The notes under the pieces were generated by a model. It was not told the origin of the DNA, did not search any database, and saw only the letters and a list, made by a program, of their open reading frames with translations. A stretch of DNA of 57,757 nt. It comes from Nemertoderma westbladi. Taxonomy: Eukaryota; Animalia; Xenacoelomorpha. The position numbers and the translations under genes were made by a program. Within the stretch, counting starts at the first letter, position 1. Every line of letters begins with the position of its first letter. Shown in pieces: positions 1 through 12,658 of the stretch. The DNA lies in assembly GCA_032718475.1 (NCBI GenBank), contig JAUCBJ010000894.1, forward strand, positions 1-57,757. The letters are read 5' to 3'.

Positions 1-151
1 CTCTCTAGGTTCCTCCATTTCATCTGCGTCCAAATCGACACCTACCGTCGATAAATCCTCCACGCTGTCCTTTATGCGTCCCCGGGCGGTAACCAAGACA
101 ACCTCCTGTCTATTAGACTTGAGTAATCGAACACAGTCAGTGTGCGTTAGT
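1..151 (-). CDS. Exon of PDZD2/pro-IL-16-like gene (end of PDZ domain); runs off window
   Basis: Acceptor ttgtag at 152-153 (minus). Translates (G)LTHTDCVRLLKSNRQEVVLVTARGRIKDSVEDL..., the PDZ alphaB/betaF region. Phase 2 matches the exon ending at 3280. Confidence 0.85.
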
Positions 152-237
152 CTACAACAAACACAGATTTAGGTGTAAGTTAATTCATCTATAATACAGT
201 CTTGGAGTTAATTAGAATACTAATGGGCAACTTATAT

Positions 238-310
238 CTATAATCGGCCTGCCGCATTGCAGCTGCATATGCCGGCTTAACAACAAAATTGCGCTGCCAT
301 CACACCATCC
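238..310 (-). mobile_element. Short degenerate 3' tip of the RTE LINE family
   Basis: Minus strand gcaattttgttgttaagccggca...tgcagctgcaatgcggcaggccgat resembles the 3' end at 2930-2992. Confidence 0.55.
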
Positions 311-324
311 ATAATCGGCAAGCT

Positions 325-1170
325 GTAGTTAGTAGTCTCGCGTGCGCACCGCCAACCAAGTTGGCGTATGCACGTATGCTAATAAAATTAAATCCTTTAA
401 AAATAAATAAAATATTAAAATCGGAGAAATAAAATATTACCAAACTGATAGAGCGATGTAATTAATTGACTCCAGATACGCCTTCACTTTGTCCAACTTT
501 GCCGCGAAGCTGACCATCTCCGATCCATAAATTGATTTGATTAATTCTAAATGACCCAGTTCAATAGAATCCATAACGTTGGTACCAAGATCGCAGACAG
601 GATCTCGTAGTGACGAGAGCTGTGGGACTGCATATTTTTTCGAGCATTTCCTTATAGTTGAACGAAGACCCAAATAGTGTTGCTGGTTGATTAGGGTGCC
701 GGTTGTCCGTGTTATTGATTGCAATAGTGTGTTAGGGGCTCTGATCAATCGCTGGACAGTTAGAATAGCTGATTGGTATAATTCTAGAATTAATTGATTG
801 ATTCCAAATAACCCATATAAAATGTTCGACGAAATTAATGTTCCATTAATATGGAGAAGTTTTCGTAGTGCATTTCTATACCTTACTTCCAACTGGTCCC
901 GCTGTAGGTTCCGCTGTGGTTCGGAGCTCCTATGTAAAACGGAAAACTAGCGAAATATTGGCAAAGAGTAAGTTTTCCAAAGTGTTGATAGTGTTTCGAT
1001 GGGGATTCGCTTGATTGTCCATCCCAGAGAGATGAAGCACTCCGCTAATGAATCAACAAGTCTAAGGCACTCCTGATATACGAACCGGTTAGTTCGAGGG
1101 ATTTTGTACCCGATGAAAGTGAGGTGTGTCGTTGTTTGGGGGATCAGGTGATCACTTATGTGCAAAAAAA
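325..1170 (-). mobile_element. 5'-truncated, degenerate RTEX/Proto2-like LINE 3' remnant
   Basis: ORF pieces LTFIGYKI...GWTIKRIPIETLSTLWKTYSLP and YRNALRKLL align by eye with the C-terminus of ORF2 at 54512-57529 (IKFIGYKL...GWTVRQYPLDVVSKLWNTIAVP...YRKSLRGLL). A hairpin plus ctactaactac tail lies near 325-375. Confidence 0.7.
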
Positions 1171-1356
1171 GTGGGGGTGTCTCAGCTGATCCTCTACCAC
1201 TAAGGAAAATCCAAGCTGATCTTCTCTAATTTTAGAATTATCGAGTCTATTTCTAATTCGATGTTAAACTTAGACTTAGAAATATATCATCCGCATATGA
1301 GAAGGACCAGCACTGGTTAGGGTATGAGATAAGCAATGCGTAGCAATCTTCATCAT

Positions 1357-1870
1357 TGCATAGCTGCATTGCTGAAGTTTACATTAAGAATGCTATGCCG
1401 GCTTGTCGAAAAAGTTGCACAGCCACAACTCCCTATCCCCATGACTTTCGCGAGATCATCCGCATCTCCAAGGTATGCAGGATCTCCATGGTCCGTATAA
1501 AGATGCGTCTCAAGAATGTCATGGGATGTCCACCATGCTTATTCACTCCATGGGGCTGCCAAAGCACAAGATTATGCACTGGCTGGTCCTCACGGCGAAA
1601 GCAATGTCCTGCAAAGTGGAGGCGACTTTGTTCTAGTGTCAAGCTTGGGGGAACCAATGAGACACCTTCAATGTTATATAGTGTCTGGTTGGAGATGTGT
1701 GCATTGTACTTGACACAATGAACCCGGCGTAGCATTCTTGTGAATGTGCCATCCAGAGATTTGGTGTCCTCAGCAGTTAGAGCCCAGCATGGACTCCCAT
1801 AGAGGAGTACTGGAACTAATGCTGCTCTAAATAATCGGACCTTAAGTTTCCGATTAATTCTCGGTGGTTC
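1357..1870 (-). mobile_element. RTE-clade LINE fragment (3' part of a minus-strand copy)
   Basis: Encodes RINRKLKVRLFRAALVPVLLYGSPCWAL...RLHFAGHCFR. Near-identical reverse complement of 2495-2985. Confidence 0.9.
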
Positions 1871-1874
1871 CAAG

Positions 1875-3007
1875 GCCTTTGATTCAGTCTCTCGCTCACG
1901 TATGTTCAGCATACTTTCATTATATGGGATTCCTGACGAAATTATTGCAGCAATCAGATCAGTATACGATGGTTCGACAACATTTGTGTCTACTGTTGAC
2001 GGTGACACAGAACCATTTGAAGTGTTATGGGGCGTCCTCCAAGGAGACACACTTGCACCATTCTTGTTCATTATTGTGGTTGACTATGTGCTACGCATGT
2101 CCTTAGATCATCATAATGATGATGGGGTGATGATAACTCCACCTACTGGCTCCAGAAGTCGAGGAAATCCTGCCAAGTACCTAACTGATCTAGACTTTAC
2201 TGATGACTTAGGAGTACTCTCAGAATCATTAGAGGGAGCCCAACGGCTCCTCAGCTCATTAGAACATGCTGCTTCTAGTGTTGGTCTTTTTATTAACTCC
2301 AGAAAGACCAAAATTCTGACAGTTAACTTTGAAAGTCCTCAGCAAGTCTCTGATCGGATGAGCATAAGCTCAAAGGATGGTATGCTTGAGCATGTGGACG
2401 ACTTCTGTTACCTGGGATCATGGATCCGGAAGTCTTCGAATACGTAAGGGAAAGGCATGGGCAGCCTTGAATAGGCTTTCCAGGATTTGAAAGTCACCGA
2501 GAATTAATCGGAAACTTAAGGTCCGATTATTTAGAGCAGCAGTAGTTCCAGTACTCCTCTACGGGAGTCCATGCTGGGCTCTAACTGCTGAGGACACCAA
2601 ATCTCTGGATGGCACATTCACAAGAATGCTACGCCGGGTACATTGTGTCAAGTACAATGCACACATCTCCAACCAGACACTATATAACATTGGAGGTGTC
2701 TCATTGGTTCCCCCAAGCTTGACACTAGAACAAAATCGCCTCCGCTTTGCAGGACATTGCTTTCGCCGTGAGGACCAGCCAGTGCATAATCTTGTACTTT
2801 GGCAGCCTCATGGAGTGAATAAGCATGGTGGACAGCCCATGACTTTCTTGAGACGCATCTTAAGGGACACTGGCCTTGAAGATGCGGATGATCTAGCAAA
2901 TGTCATGGGTGATAGGGAGTTGTGGAGGTGCAATTTTGTTGACAAGCCGGCACAGCATTCTTAAAAATGCAGCTGCAATGCAGCATGCCGATCCTAGTAG
3001 TAGTAGT
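1875..3007 (+). mobile_element. 5'-truncated RTE-clade LINE with (TAG)n tail
   Basis: RT motifs GVLQGDTLAPFLF and DLDFTDDL, YLGSWI, RLRFAGHCFR. Contains a frameshift and a stop. Ends ...gccgatcctagtagtagtagt. Confidence 0.92.
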
Positions 3008-3230
3008 GCGGATCCATGATCCCATGTAACAGAAGTCGTCCACATGCTCAAGCATACCATCTTTTGACCTTATGCCCATACAATCAGACATTTCCTAAAG
3101 GCTGTTGAAATTAACTGTAAAATGTTGGTCTTTTTGGAGTTGACAAAGAAACCAACACTAGAAGCAGCCTAATATAATATGCTGAGGAGCCGTTGGGCTC
3201 CCTCTAGTGATTCTGAGAGTACTCAGGTCA
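3008..3230 (-). mobile_element. RTE-clade LINE fragment (middle part of a minus-strand copy)
   Basis: Reverse complement similar to 2210-2428 (SKDGMLEHVDDFCYMGSWIR). Confidence 0.85.
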
Positions 3231-3279
3231 TTAGCAGATAGGTAGCAATACCTTAATAAGTTAACTAAGGAATACTGAC

Positions 3280-3406
3280 CCTTTAACAAATCTCCCGTTT
3301 ATTGAAAGAATTCTATCACCTTCTCTCAACCTGCCATCCTTGTGAGCCAATCCATCCTTAATCATTCGGAACACTTTAACATCCATAATCTCCTGATCGG
3401 ACCCAC
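3280..3406 (-). CDS. Exon of PDZD2/pro-IL-16-like gene (PDZ core)
   Basis: Acceptor ttccacag and donor gtcagt. Translates (G)GSDQEIMDVKVFRMIKDGLAHKDGRLREGDRILSINGRFVK(G), a canonical PDZ core. Phases match both neighbouring exons. Confidence 0.92.
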
Positions 3407-3683
3407 CTGTGGAAATAATATGAATATAAACCTCGGTTAAGAGGGGGCCGGTTCACCTATTGGATAAACCTTCAGTTCTTTGGGGGATTAAATTAGTTTT
3501 TGTTTGTATAATTGCATGGAAATTTTTTCGTCGATTTTCGTATGATTTTCAAGGAACAATTAATTTAAATTTAAACTTCCCTTCAACTTTAATTCAATTG
3601 TTATGATTTTCAATCTAAATGCTACCCCCCCCCCCCCCCCCCGTCAGTTTATACTACATTTGGAATCTATGATTGTGTCTATC

Positions 3684-5222
3684 TGGGTAAGTCTCTACAT
3701 ACAGACACACCATAGAGTATTAGGGATGGATGGGGACTACAGTGTGTTTATTTGTTCCATTGGGTAAGTCTCTACATACAGACACACCATAGAGTATTAG
3801 GGATGGATGGGGACTACGTGTGTTTATTTGTTCCATTGGGTAAGTCTCTACATGCAGACACACCATAGAGTATTAGGGATGGATGGGGACTACGTGTGTT
3901 TATTTGTTCCATTGGGTAAGTCTCTACATGCAGACACACCATAGAGTATTAGGGATGGATGGGGACTACAGTGTGTTTATTTGTTCCATTGGGTAAGTCT
4001 CTACATACAGACACACCATAGAGTATTAGGGATGGATGGGGACTACGTGTGTTTATTTGTTCCATTGGGTAAGTCTCTACATACAGACACACCATAGAGT
4101 ATTAGGGATGGATGGGGACTACAGTGTGTTTATTTGTTCCATTGGGTAAGTCTCTACATACAGACACACCATAGAGTATTAGGGATGGATGGGGACTACG
4201 TGTGTTTATTTGTTCCATTGGGTAAGTCTCTACATGCAGACACACCATAGAGTATTAGGGATGGATGGGGACTACGTGTGTTTATTTGTTCCATTGGGTA
4301 AGTCTCTACATGCAGACACACCATAGAGTATTAGGGATGGATGGGGACTACAGTGTGTTTATTTGTTCCATTGGGTAAGTCTCTACATACAGACACACCA
4401 TAGAGTATTAGGGATGGATGGGGACTACAGTGTGTTTATTTGTTCCATTGGGTAAGTCTCTACATGCAGACACACCATAGAGTATTAGGGATGGATGGGG
4501 ACTACAGTGTGTTTATTTGTTCCATTGGGTAAGTCTCTACATGCAGACACACCATAGAGTATTAGGGATGGATGGGGACTACAGTGTGTTTATTTGTTCC
4601 ATTGGGTAAGTCTCTACATACAGACACACCATAGAGTATTAGGGATGGATGGGGGCTACGTGTGTTTATTTGTTCCATTGGGTAAGTCTCTACATACAGA
4701 CACACCATAGAGTATTAGGGATGGATGGGGACTACGTGTGTTTATTTGTTCCATTGGGTAAGTCTCTACATGCAGACACACCATAGAGTATTAGGGATGG
4801 ATGGGGACTACAGTGTGTTTATTTGTTCCATTGGGTAAGTCTCTACATACAGACACACCATAGAGTATTAGGGATGGATGGGGACTACGTGTGTTTATTT
4901 GTTCCATTGGGTAAGTCTCTACATACAGACACACCATAGAGTATTAGGGATGGATGGGGACTACAGTGTGTTTATTTGTTCCATTGGGTAAGTCTCTACA
5001 TACAGACACACCATAGAGTATTAAGGATGGATGGGGACTACGTGTGTTTATTTGTTCCATTGGGTAAGTCTCTACATGCAGACACACCATAGAGTATTAG
5101 GGATGGATGGGGACTACGTGTGTTTATTTGTTCCATTGGGTAAGTCTCTACATACAGACACACCATAGAGTATTAGGGATGGATGGGGACTACAGTGTGT
5201 TTATTTGTTCCATTGGGTAAGT
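3684..5222. repeat. Minisatellite, 76/77-bp unit, about 20 copies
   Basis: Unit tgggtaagtctctacat(a/g)cagacacaccatagagtattagggatggatggggactac(a)gtgtgtttatttgttccat. Confidence 0.97.
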
Positions 5223-5234
5223 AGTCATTAGGGC

Positions 5235-5298
5235 ACAAGCCGGCACAGCATTCTTAAAAATGCAGCTGCAATGCAGCATGCAGATCCTAGTAGTAGTA
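5235..5298 (+). mobile_element. Very short RTE 3'-end copy with (TAG)n tail
   Basis: acaagccggcacagcattcttaaaaatgcagctgcaatgcagcatg...cctagtagtagt, near-identical to 2942-3007. Confidence 0.85.
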
Positions 5299-5318
5299 AT
5301 TATTGTAATTCTACCTAC

Positions 5319-5512
5319 CAGATATAGAGAGACCAACACCCGAACCGTTGTCTCTATGTAAGACAACTACGTTTATCTCTGTGTCGCTATCCCCGCTGTC
5401 GCTCTGTGTGTCATTAACTTCCTGAATCAATCGCTCGATCTCATCAGCCGCCAATAGTTCGGTTACACTGCTGGCTATACTGGCCACAGACATAGACCGC
5501 CGGGGCCAGGTG
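5319..5512 (-). CDS. Exon of PDZD2/pro-IL-16-like gene (pre-PDZ helix and PDZ start)
   Basis: Acceptor ttccccag and donor gtaggt. Translates ...SVTELLAADEIERLIQEVND...INVVVLHRDNGSGVGLSIS(G), resembling pro-IL-16 SLLSSEELKKLIEEV...[21 protein letters not shown] as I recall it. Confidence 0.9.
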
Positions 5513-5553
5513 CTGGGGAAACAAAGAGAAAGTAAGTAGAGTTGGGGATAAAA

Positions 5554-8500
5554 TAAACATAATTGCTTATTGGGTTGATATATTAAACATAATTGCTTAT
5601 TGGGTTGATATATTAAACATAATTGCTTATTGGGTTGATATATTAAACATAATTGCTTATTGGGTTGATATATTAAACATAATTGCTTATTGGGTTGATA
5701 TATTAAACATAATTGCTTATTGGGTTGATATATTAAACATAATTGCTTATTGGGTTGATATATTAAACATAATTGCTTATTGGGTTGATATATTAAACAT
5801 AATTGCTTATTGGGTTGATATATTAAACATAATTGCTTATTGGGTTGATATATTAAACATAATTGCTTATTGGGTTGATATATTAAACATAATTGCTTAT
5901 TGGGTTGATATATTAAACATAATTGCTTATTGGGTTGATATATTAAACATAATTGCTTATTGGGTTGATATATTAAACATAATTGCTTATTGGGTTGATA
6001 TATTAAACATAATTGCTTATTGGGTTGATATATTAAACATAATTGCTTATTGGGTTGATATATTAAACACAATTGCTTATTGGGTTGATATATTAAACAT
6101 AATTGCTTATTGGGTTGATATATTAAACATAATTGCTTATTGGGTTGATATATTAAACATAATTGCTTATTGGGTTGATATATTAAACATAATTGCTTAT
6201 TGGGTTGATATATTAAACATAATTGCTTATTGGGTTGATATATTAAACATAATTGCTTATTGGGTTGATATATTAAACATAATTGCTTATTGGGTTGATA
6301 TATTAAACATAATTGCTTATTGGGTTGATATATTAAACATAATTGCTTATTGGGTTGATATATTAAACATAATTGCTTATTGGGTTGATATATTAAACAT
6401 AATTGCTTATTGGGTTGATATATTAAACATAATTGCTTATTGGGTTGATATATTAAACATAATTGCTTATTGGGTTGATATATTAAACATAATTGCTTAT
6501 TGGGTTGATATATTAAACATAATTGCTTATTGGGTTGATATATTAAACATAATTGCTTATTGGGTTGATATATTAAACATAATTGCTTATTGGGTTGATA
6601 TATTAAACATAATTGCTTATTGGGTTGATATATTAAACATAATTGCTTATTGGGTTGATATATTAAACATAATTGCTTATTGTGTTGATATATTAAACAC
6701 AATTGCTTATTGGGTTGATATATTAAACATAATTGCTTATTGGGTTGATATATTAAACATAATTGCTTATTGGGTTGATATATTAAACATAATTGCTTAT
6801 TGGGTTGATATATTAAACATAATTGCTTATTGGGTTGATATATTAAACATAATTGCTTATTGGGTTGATATATTAAACATAATTGCTTATTGGGTTGATA
6901 TATTAAACATAATTGCTTATTGGGTTGATATATTAAACATAATTGCTTATTGGGTTGATATATTAAACATAATTGCTTATTGGGTTGATATATTAAACAT
7001 AATTGCTTATTGGGTTGATATATTAAACATAATTGCTTATTGGGTTGATATATTAAACATAATTGCTTATTGGGTTGATATATTAAACATAATTGCTTAT
7101 TGGTTGATATATTAAACAAATTGCTTATTGGGTTGATATATTAAACATAATTGCTTATTGGGTTGATATATTAAACATAATTGCTTATTGGGTTGATATA
7201 TTAAACATAATTGCTTATTGGGTTGATATATTAAACATAATTGCTTATTGGGTTGATATATTAAACATAATTGCTTATTGGGTTGATATATTAAACATAA
7301 TTGCTTATTGGGTTGATATATTAAACATAATTGCTTATTGGGTTGATATATTAAACATAATTGCTTATTGGGTTGATATATTAAACATAATTGCTTATTG
7401 GGTTGATATATTAAACATAATTGCTTATTGGGTTGATATATTAAACATAATTGCTTATTGGGTTGATATATTAAACATAATTGCTTATTGGGTTGATATA
7501 TTAAACATAATTGCTTATTGGGTTGATATATTAAACATAATTGCTTATTGGGTTGATATATTAAACATAATTGCTTATTGGGTTGATATATTAAACATAA
7601 TTGCTTATTGGGTTGATATATTAAACATAATTGCTTATTGGGTTGATATATTAAACATAATTGCTTATTGGGTTGATATATTAAACATAATTGCTTATTG
7701 GGTTGATATATTAAACATAATTGCTTATTGGGTTGATATATTAAACATAATTGCTTATTGGGTTGATATATTAAACATAATTGCTTATTGGGTTGATATA
7801 TTAAACATAATTGCTTATTGGGTTGATATATTAAACATAATTGCTTATTGGGTTGATATATTAAACATAATTGCTTATTGGGTTGATATATTAAACATAA
7901 TTGCTTATTGGGTTGATATATTAAACATAATTGCTTATTGGGTTGATATATTAAACATAATTGCTTATTGGGTTGATATATTAAACATAATTGCTTATTG
8001 GGTTGATATATTAAACATAATTGCTTATTGGGTTGATATATTAAACATAATTGCTTATTGGGTTGATATATTAAACATAATTGCTTATTGGGTTGATATA
8101 TTAAACATAATTGCTTATTGGGTTGATATATTAAACATAATTGCTTATTGGGTTGATATATTAAACATAATTGCTTATTGGGTTGATATATTAAACATAA
8201 TTGCTTATTGGGTTGATATATTAAACATAATTGCTTATTGGGTTGATATATTAAACATAATTGCTTATTGGGTTGATATATTAAACATAATTGCTTATTG
8301 GGTTGATATATTAAACATAATTGCTTATTGGGTTGATATATTAAACATAATTGCTTATTGGGTTGATATATTAAACATAATTGCTTATTGGGTTGATATA
8401 TTAAACATAATTGCTTATTGTGTTGATATATTAAACATAATTGCTTATTGGGTTGATATATTAAACATAATTGCTTATTGGGTTGATATATTAAACATAA

Positions 8501-9021
8501 TTGCTTATTGGGTTGATATATTAAACATAATTGCTTATTGGGTTGATATATTAAACATAATTGCTTATTGTGTTGATATATTAAACATAATTGCTTATTG
8601 TGTTGATATATTAAACATAATTGCTTATTGTGTTGATATATTAAACATAATTGCTTATTGGGTTGATATATTAAACATAATTGCTTATTGGGTTGATATA
8701 TTAAACATAATTGCTTATTGGGTTGATATATTAAACATAATTGCTTATTGGGTTGATATATTAAACATAATTGCTTATTGGGTTGATATATTAAACATAA
8801 TTGCTTATTGGGTTGATATATTAAACATAATTGCTTATTGTGTTGATATATTAAACATAATTGCTTATTGGGTTGATATATTAAACATAATTGCTTATTG
8901 GGTTGATATATTAAACATAATTGCTTATTGGGTTGATATATTAAACATAATTGCTTATTGGGTTGATATATTAAACATAATTGCTTATTGGGTTGATATA
9001 TTAAACATAATTGCTTATTGT
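5554..9021. repeat. Minisatellite, 30-bp unit, about 115 near-identical copies filling an intron
   Basis: Unit attaaacataattgcttattgggttgatat, with few variants (tgtg, cac) and two 1-bp deletions near 7103-7120. Confidence 0.98.
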
Positions 9022-9038
9022 GTAAGATAAAAACATAC

Positions 9039-9241
9039 CGGAAATGACCCCAACCCTCACAGAAGGCCGTATCATCGGCACAGACAGACATGTCGTACTC
9101 CGTCATATCTGAGACATCACTGTCGTCCATAGGGTCTACTGATCCGGAGGAATTCCGACCGCGGTGCCGAGAGGTCAGACCCTCGGTGGATAGGGAGGTA
9201 TCCAAGGTAACAAGGTCGTTGAGTTGCTCAAAAGATCGGAT
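9039..9241 (-). CDS. Exon of PDZD2/pro-IL-16-like gene
   Basis: Acceptor tattag and donor gtatgt. Translates IRSFEQLNDLVTLDTSLSTEG...EGWGHF(R). Phase 0 in and phase 2 out match the neighbours. Confidence 0.8.
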
Positions 9242-9299
9242 CTAATATAAATAGACGATTTTTATTATTATTATCACTCGACTTTATTATTATATATAA

Positions 9300-9900
9300 T
9301 TCAATATAAAATATCAATAAAAATTGCGATCACAGTTGATGATTCAACGATTAAATTTACAATATGACATCAAGTCGAAATCTAGTAATCTACCGGAAAG
9401 ATATACCTATCTTTAGAGTTAACAATATCTTCAGGTAAGGAGTTCCAAAGTGCAACAACACGATTAGAAAACTAATATTTACATATTTGAAGCCTTGATA
9501 TTTTTATAAATAGTTTTCGACTGTGGCCTCTCAGGCCTTGTCTAGACGGGCGCCTAAAAAATCATTAAAATACAGCCTGACCAGATTTCTTTCGATGAAA
9601 TACACCATTTTGAGGTCATAAATTAAACGCCTTAATTCCAAAGGTTGTAAATCCAAATATGTGAGACAATCAAGGTAATTCACGTATGTCAAACCGCAGC
9701 GAGCATAAACTCGGCGAGGGAGACCACAATGACTTACACGCTGTTATAAGGACCCTGGTGATTTTGGTATAGAAACAACGTAAAATTGTATTGTAGATTT
9801 TAAATGCCTTTGTAACTTGTTCGCAACAGTAGACATCAAATTTCAAATCATTTGAAATTATAATTCCTAGGCCTTGCATTGAGATTCTACTTTAAGTTGG
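9300..9900 (-). mobile_element. Degenerate CR1-clade LINE 3' fragment
   Basis: LGIIISNDLKF...ILRCF followed by LRGHSRKLF...FSNRVVALWNSLPEDIV, typical CR1 ORF2 C-terminal motifs. Confidence 0.75.
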
Positions 9901-10497
9901 TTATTTAAAAGTCGATACGACTTCAGTGCACTTATGACCAGCAATGCTGATCTGCTATAGGGCAGAGAGTGAATCGCTCAATGATTTTGTTATTCCGAAG
10001 TAGTTAGTAGCTGTATTTTTTTAAACTCTCTGAGTTAAGTTGGATTTACCAGAGTTTCTAAATTGCCTGACGAATATATAAAAACTGGTCATTCACGGTG
10101 GTAATCTTAATCTAAATCAACGTTTTCGCGCTGAGACAAACAATATTATAATTATTGACTAGTTATAATTTGTGAATGGGTATACGTGTACTATTATACA
10201 ATAAATATATTAAATGTTAGTGAGGCTGAGCCCAACCAAATACAAATATTATTGGCAATAAAGTAGTCAGTCAGCTCAGCATGTAGAGAGTCATAAAATG
10301 ATAGGTCTGCTTTAGACTCTTGGTTTAGAAATTCATAATAGGAATTAATATGTTACGAATTATAAACTAAATTGTATTGTAATTTCATTGTATTTGCTTA
10401 TGTTTAAATTTGTTTGAATTTAAAAGAAAATTTGTTTGATGTTCTTTTTTTTTGAAAATCTACATTAATTTTAAATTTTGTCAACAATTCGTTGAAA

Positions 10498-10602
10498 TGG
10501 AAATCCGGCCAAAAAATTGAAATCCGGCCGGAGCCGGAACCGGATTTTTTTCTCAAAATCCGGCCGGAATTCCGGCCCGGCCGGATATCCGGCACACCCC
10601 TA
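10498..10602. mobile_element. Probable terminus of a non-autonomous hAT-like DNA transposon
   Basis: GC-rich island of repeated (a)atccggc/ccgg motifs ending ccggatatccggcacaccccta (minus TAGGGGTGTGCCGG), set in AT-rich DNA. No partner end found. Confidence 0.5.
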
Positions 10603-11197
10603 ATTAATGCCTATATTTTTTGCTATTTATATTATTATTATTATTATTATTACCCGGCTTACGCCCCGGTGGCTTTATTACATGTAGATTTATATACATA
10701 AAATAAATTAAAATACCCAAGTGCAGGCACAATGTGGACTTAGCAAAAACACTGCACAAGAGTAGTATAAAAGCATAATTAGTGTAAAAGTTTTATAGTT
10801 TAAATTAAAAGTTTAGTTTAATAATTTTTTAGATTAAAAATTTAAGAATATAAACCCTAATGCGATAAAATATATTATACCAGCAATGATTAATGTATGA
10901 CAGACAACATGGAAGTAAATATTAAATTATATACCTAGGCGATAATTAATATAAGACAACATGAAACATGAAAGTGCATAAAATGAAATACAAATTAGAT
11001 AAATTAGATACAATACAATGCCGCGAATGAGTTATAATAAAACACAATTATGATGAGTAAAATAGTAATGTATGTCTGTTTGATAAATAAAATAATGTGA
11101 GTGGAAATAATAAGGGTCGGAATACCTGAGTTAAAAATATATAAAAACAGCAACGTAAATAAATATCGCACATTGGACGAAAAAGGTTAAACCGTAT

Positions 11198-12027
11198 AGT
11201 TGGATGTGGATGTGAATGTGGATGGATGGAGTTGGATGTGGATGTGAATGTGGATGGATGGAGTTGGATGTGGATGTGAATGTGGATGGATGGAGTTGGA
11301 TGTGGATGTGGATGTGGATGGATGGAGTTGGATGTGGATGTGAATGTGGATGGATGGAGTTGGATGTGGATGTGAATGTGGATGGATGGAGTTGGATGTG
11401 GATGTGAATGTGGATGGATGGAGTTGGATGTGGATGTGAATGTGGATGGATGGAGTTGGATGTGGATGTGAATGTGGATGGATGGAGTTGGATGTGAATG
11501 TGGATGGATGGAGTTGGATGTGGATGTGAATGTGGATGGATGGAGTTGGATGTGGATGTGGATGTGGATGGATGGAGTTGGATGTGGATGTGAATGTGGA
11601 TGGATGGAGTTGGATGTGGATGTGAATGTGGATGGATGGAGTTGGATGTGGATGTGAATGTGGATGGATGGAGTTGGATGTGGATGTGAATGTGGATGGA
11701 TGGAGTTGGATGTGAATGTGGATGGATGGAGTTGGATGTGGATGTGAATGTGGATGGATGGAGTTGGATGTGGATGTGGATGTGGATGGATGGAGTTGGA
11801 TGTGGATGTGAATGTGGATGGATGGAGTTGGATGTGGATGTGAATGTGGATGGATGGAGTTGGATGTGGATGTGAATGTGGATGGATGGAGTTGGATGTG
11901 GATGTGAATGTGGATGGATGGAGTTGGATGTGGATGTGAATGTGGATGGATGGAGTTGGATGTGAATGTGGATGGATGGAGTTGGATGTGGATGTGAATG
12001 TGGATGGATGGAGTTGGATGTGGATGG
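11198..12027. repeat. Compound minisatellite, about 32-bp unit built from GGATGT/GAATGT/GGAT/GGAGTT
   Basis: Unit tggatgtggatgtgaatgtggatggatggagt, with 26-bp and other length variants. Confidence 0.95.
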
Positions 12028-12658
12028 AGCATCAGTGATTCTATCTTTATTTTTATTATAGGCCTCTCGCTATCCTACCATCTTTTTAATGCCAACTACC
12101 TTGAACTATTTCTAGAATGCAATCAATGTCTTTTGATGGAGAAGGATGTTCCTGAGGTGTTCAGTATTCCTTCTAGGTACTGGAGCAAGAATTCATCCCT
12201 CAAGCTCCCATCTTCTCTTGCGATGCGATCGAAGCACCATTTGAGCCTGTATCTGGCTGTAGTCAGGGCTTCAAGGCTGGGTAGCCCGAGCAACCATGCA
12301 GAGCGCCTGTAGTCCGACAGCATCTCCTCGCTTGCTACACCGGCTAGATGACGAGTAAGGATACGACTGAATAGGAAAGAAACTTTGGTGTTCCACAGTT
12401 AAAGATAGAATAGATGTTTCTTGCCCTACATATGCTGGCCAGAGTGTTGCAATTAAATGTGTGGAATAAAGCATAACGACAGTTATTCGTTATGTAGCAT
12501 CCCATCCTCAATACTGACGTCACAGCCCTACGGTGAATTATATCCAAAGTCTCCAATATGTGATGGGGTATTATTGCTGAGCCATAGAGGATTGATGGGG
12601 TGGTAATGTCTAATGGCACATCATCTATTGTAACAACATATTTAAGGAGGCTATTCTG

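Noticed and set aside
238-436. Shared 3' end between the RTEX-like remnant and the RTE family
   Set aside because: The RTE-like match extends into RTE coding sequence and the remnant has its own hairpin and tail at about 325-375, so these are two adjacent insertions.
5311-9205. 602-aa and 697-aa (LCLIYQPNKQ)n ORFs as real proteins
   Set aside because: They are translations of a stop-free 30-bp satellite inside a GT-AG intron; only the end portions are exonic.
11187-12032. His/Pro-rich and Trp/Met-rich ORFs
   Set aside because: Translations of the GGATGT compound repeat.
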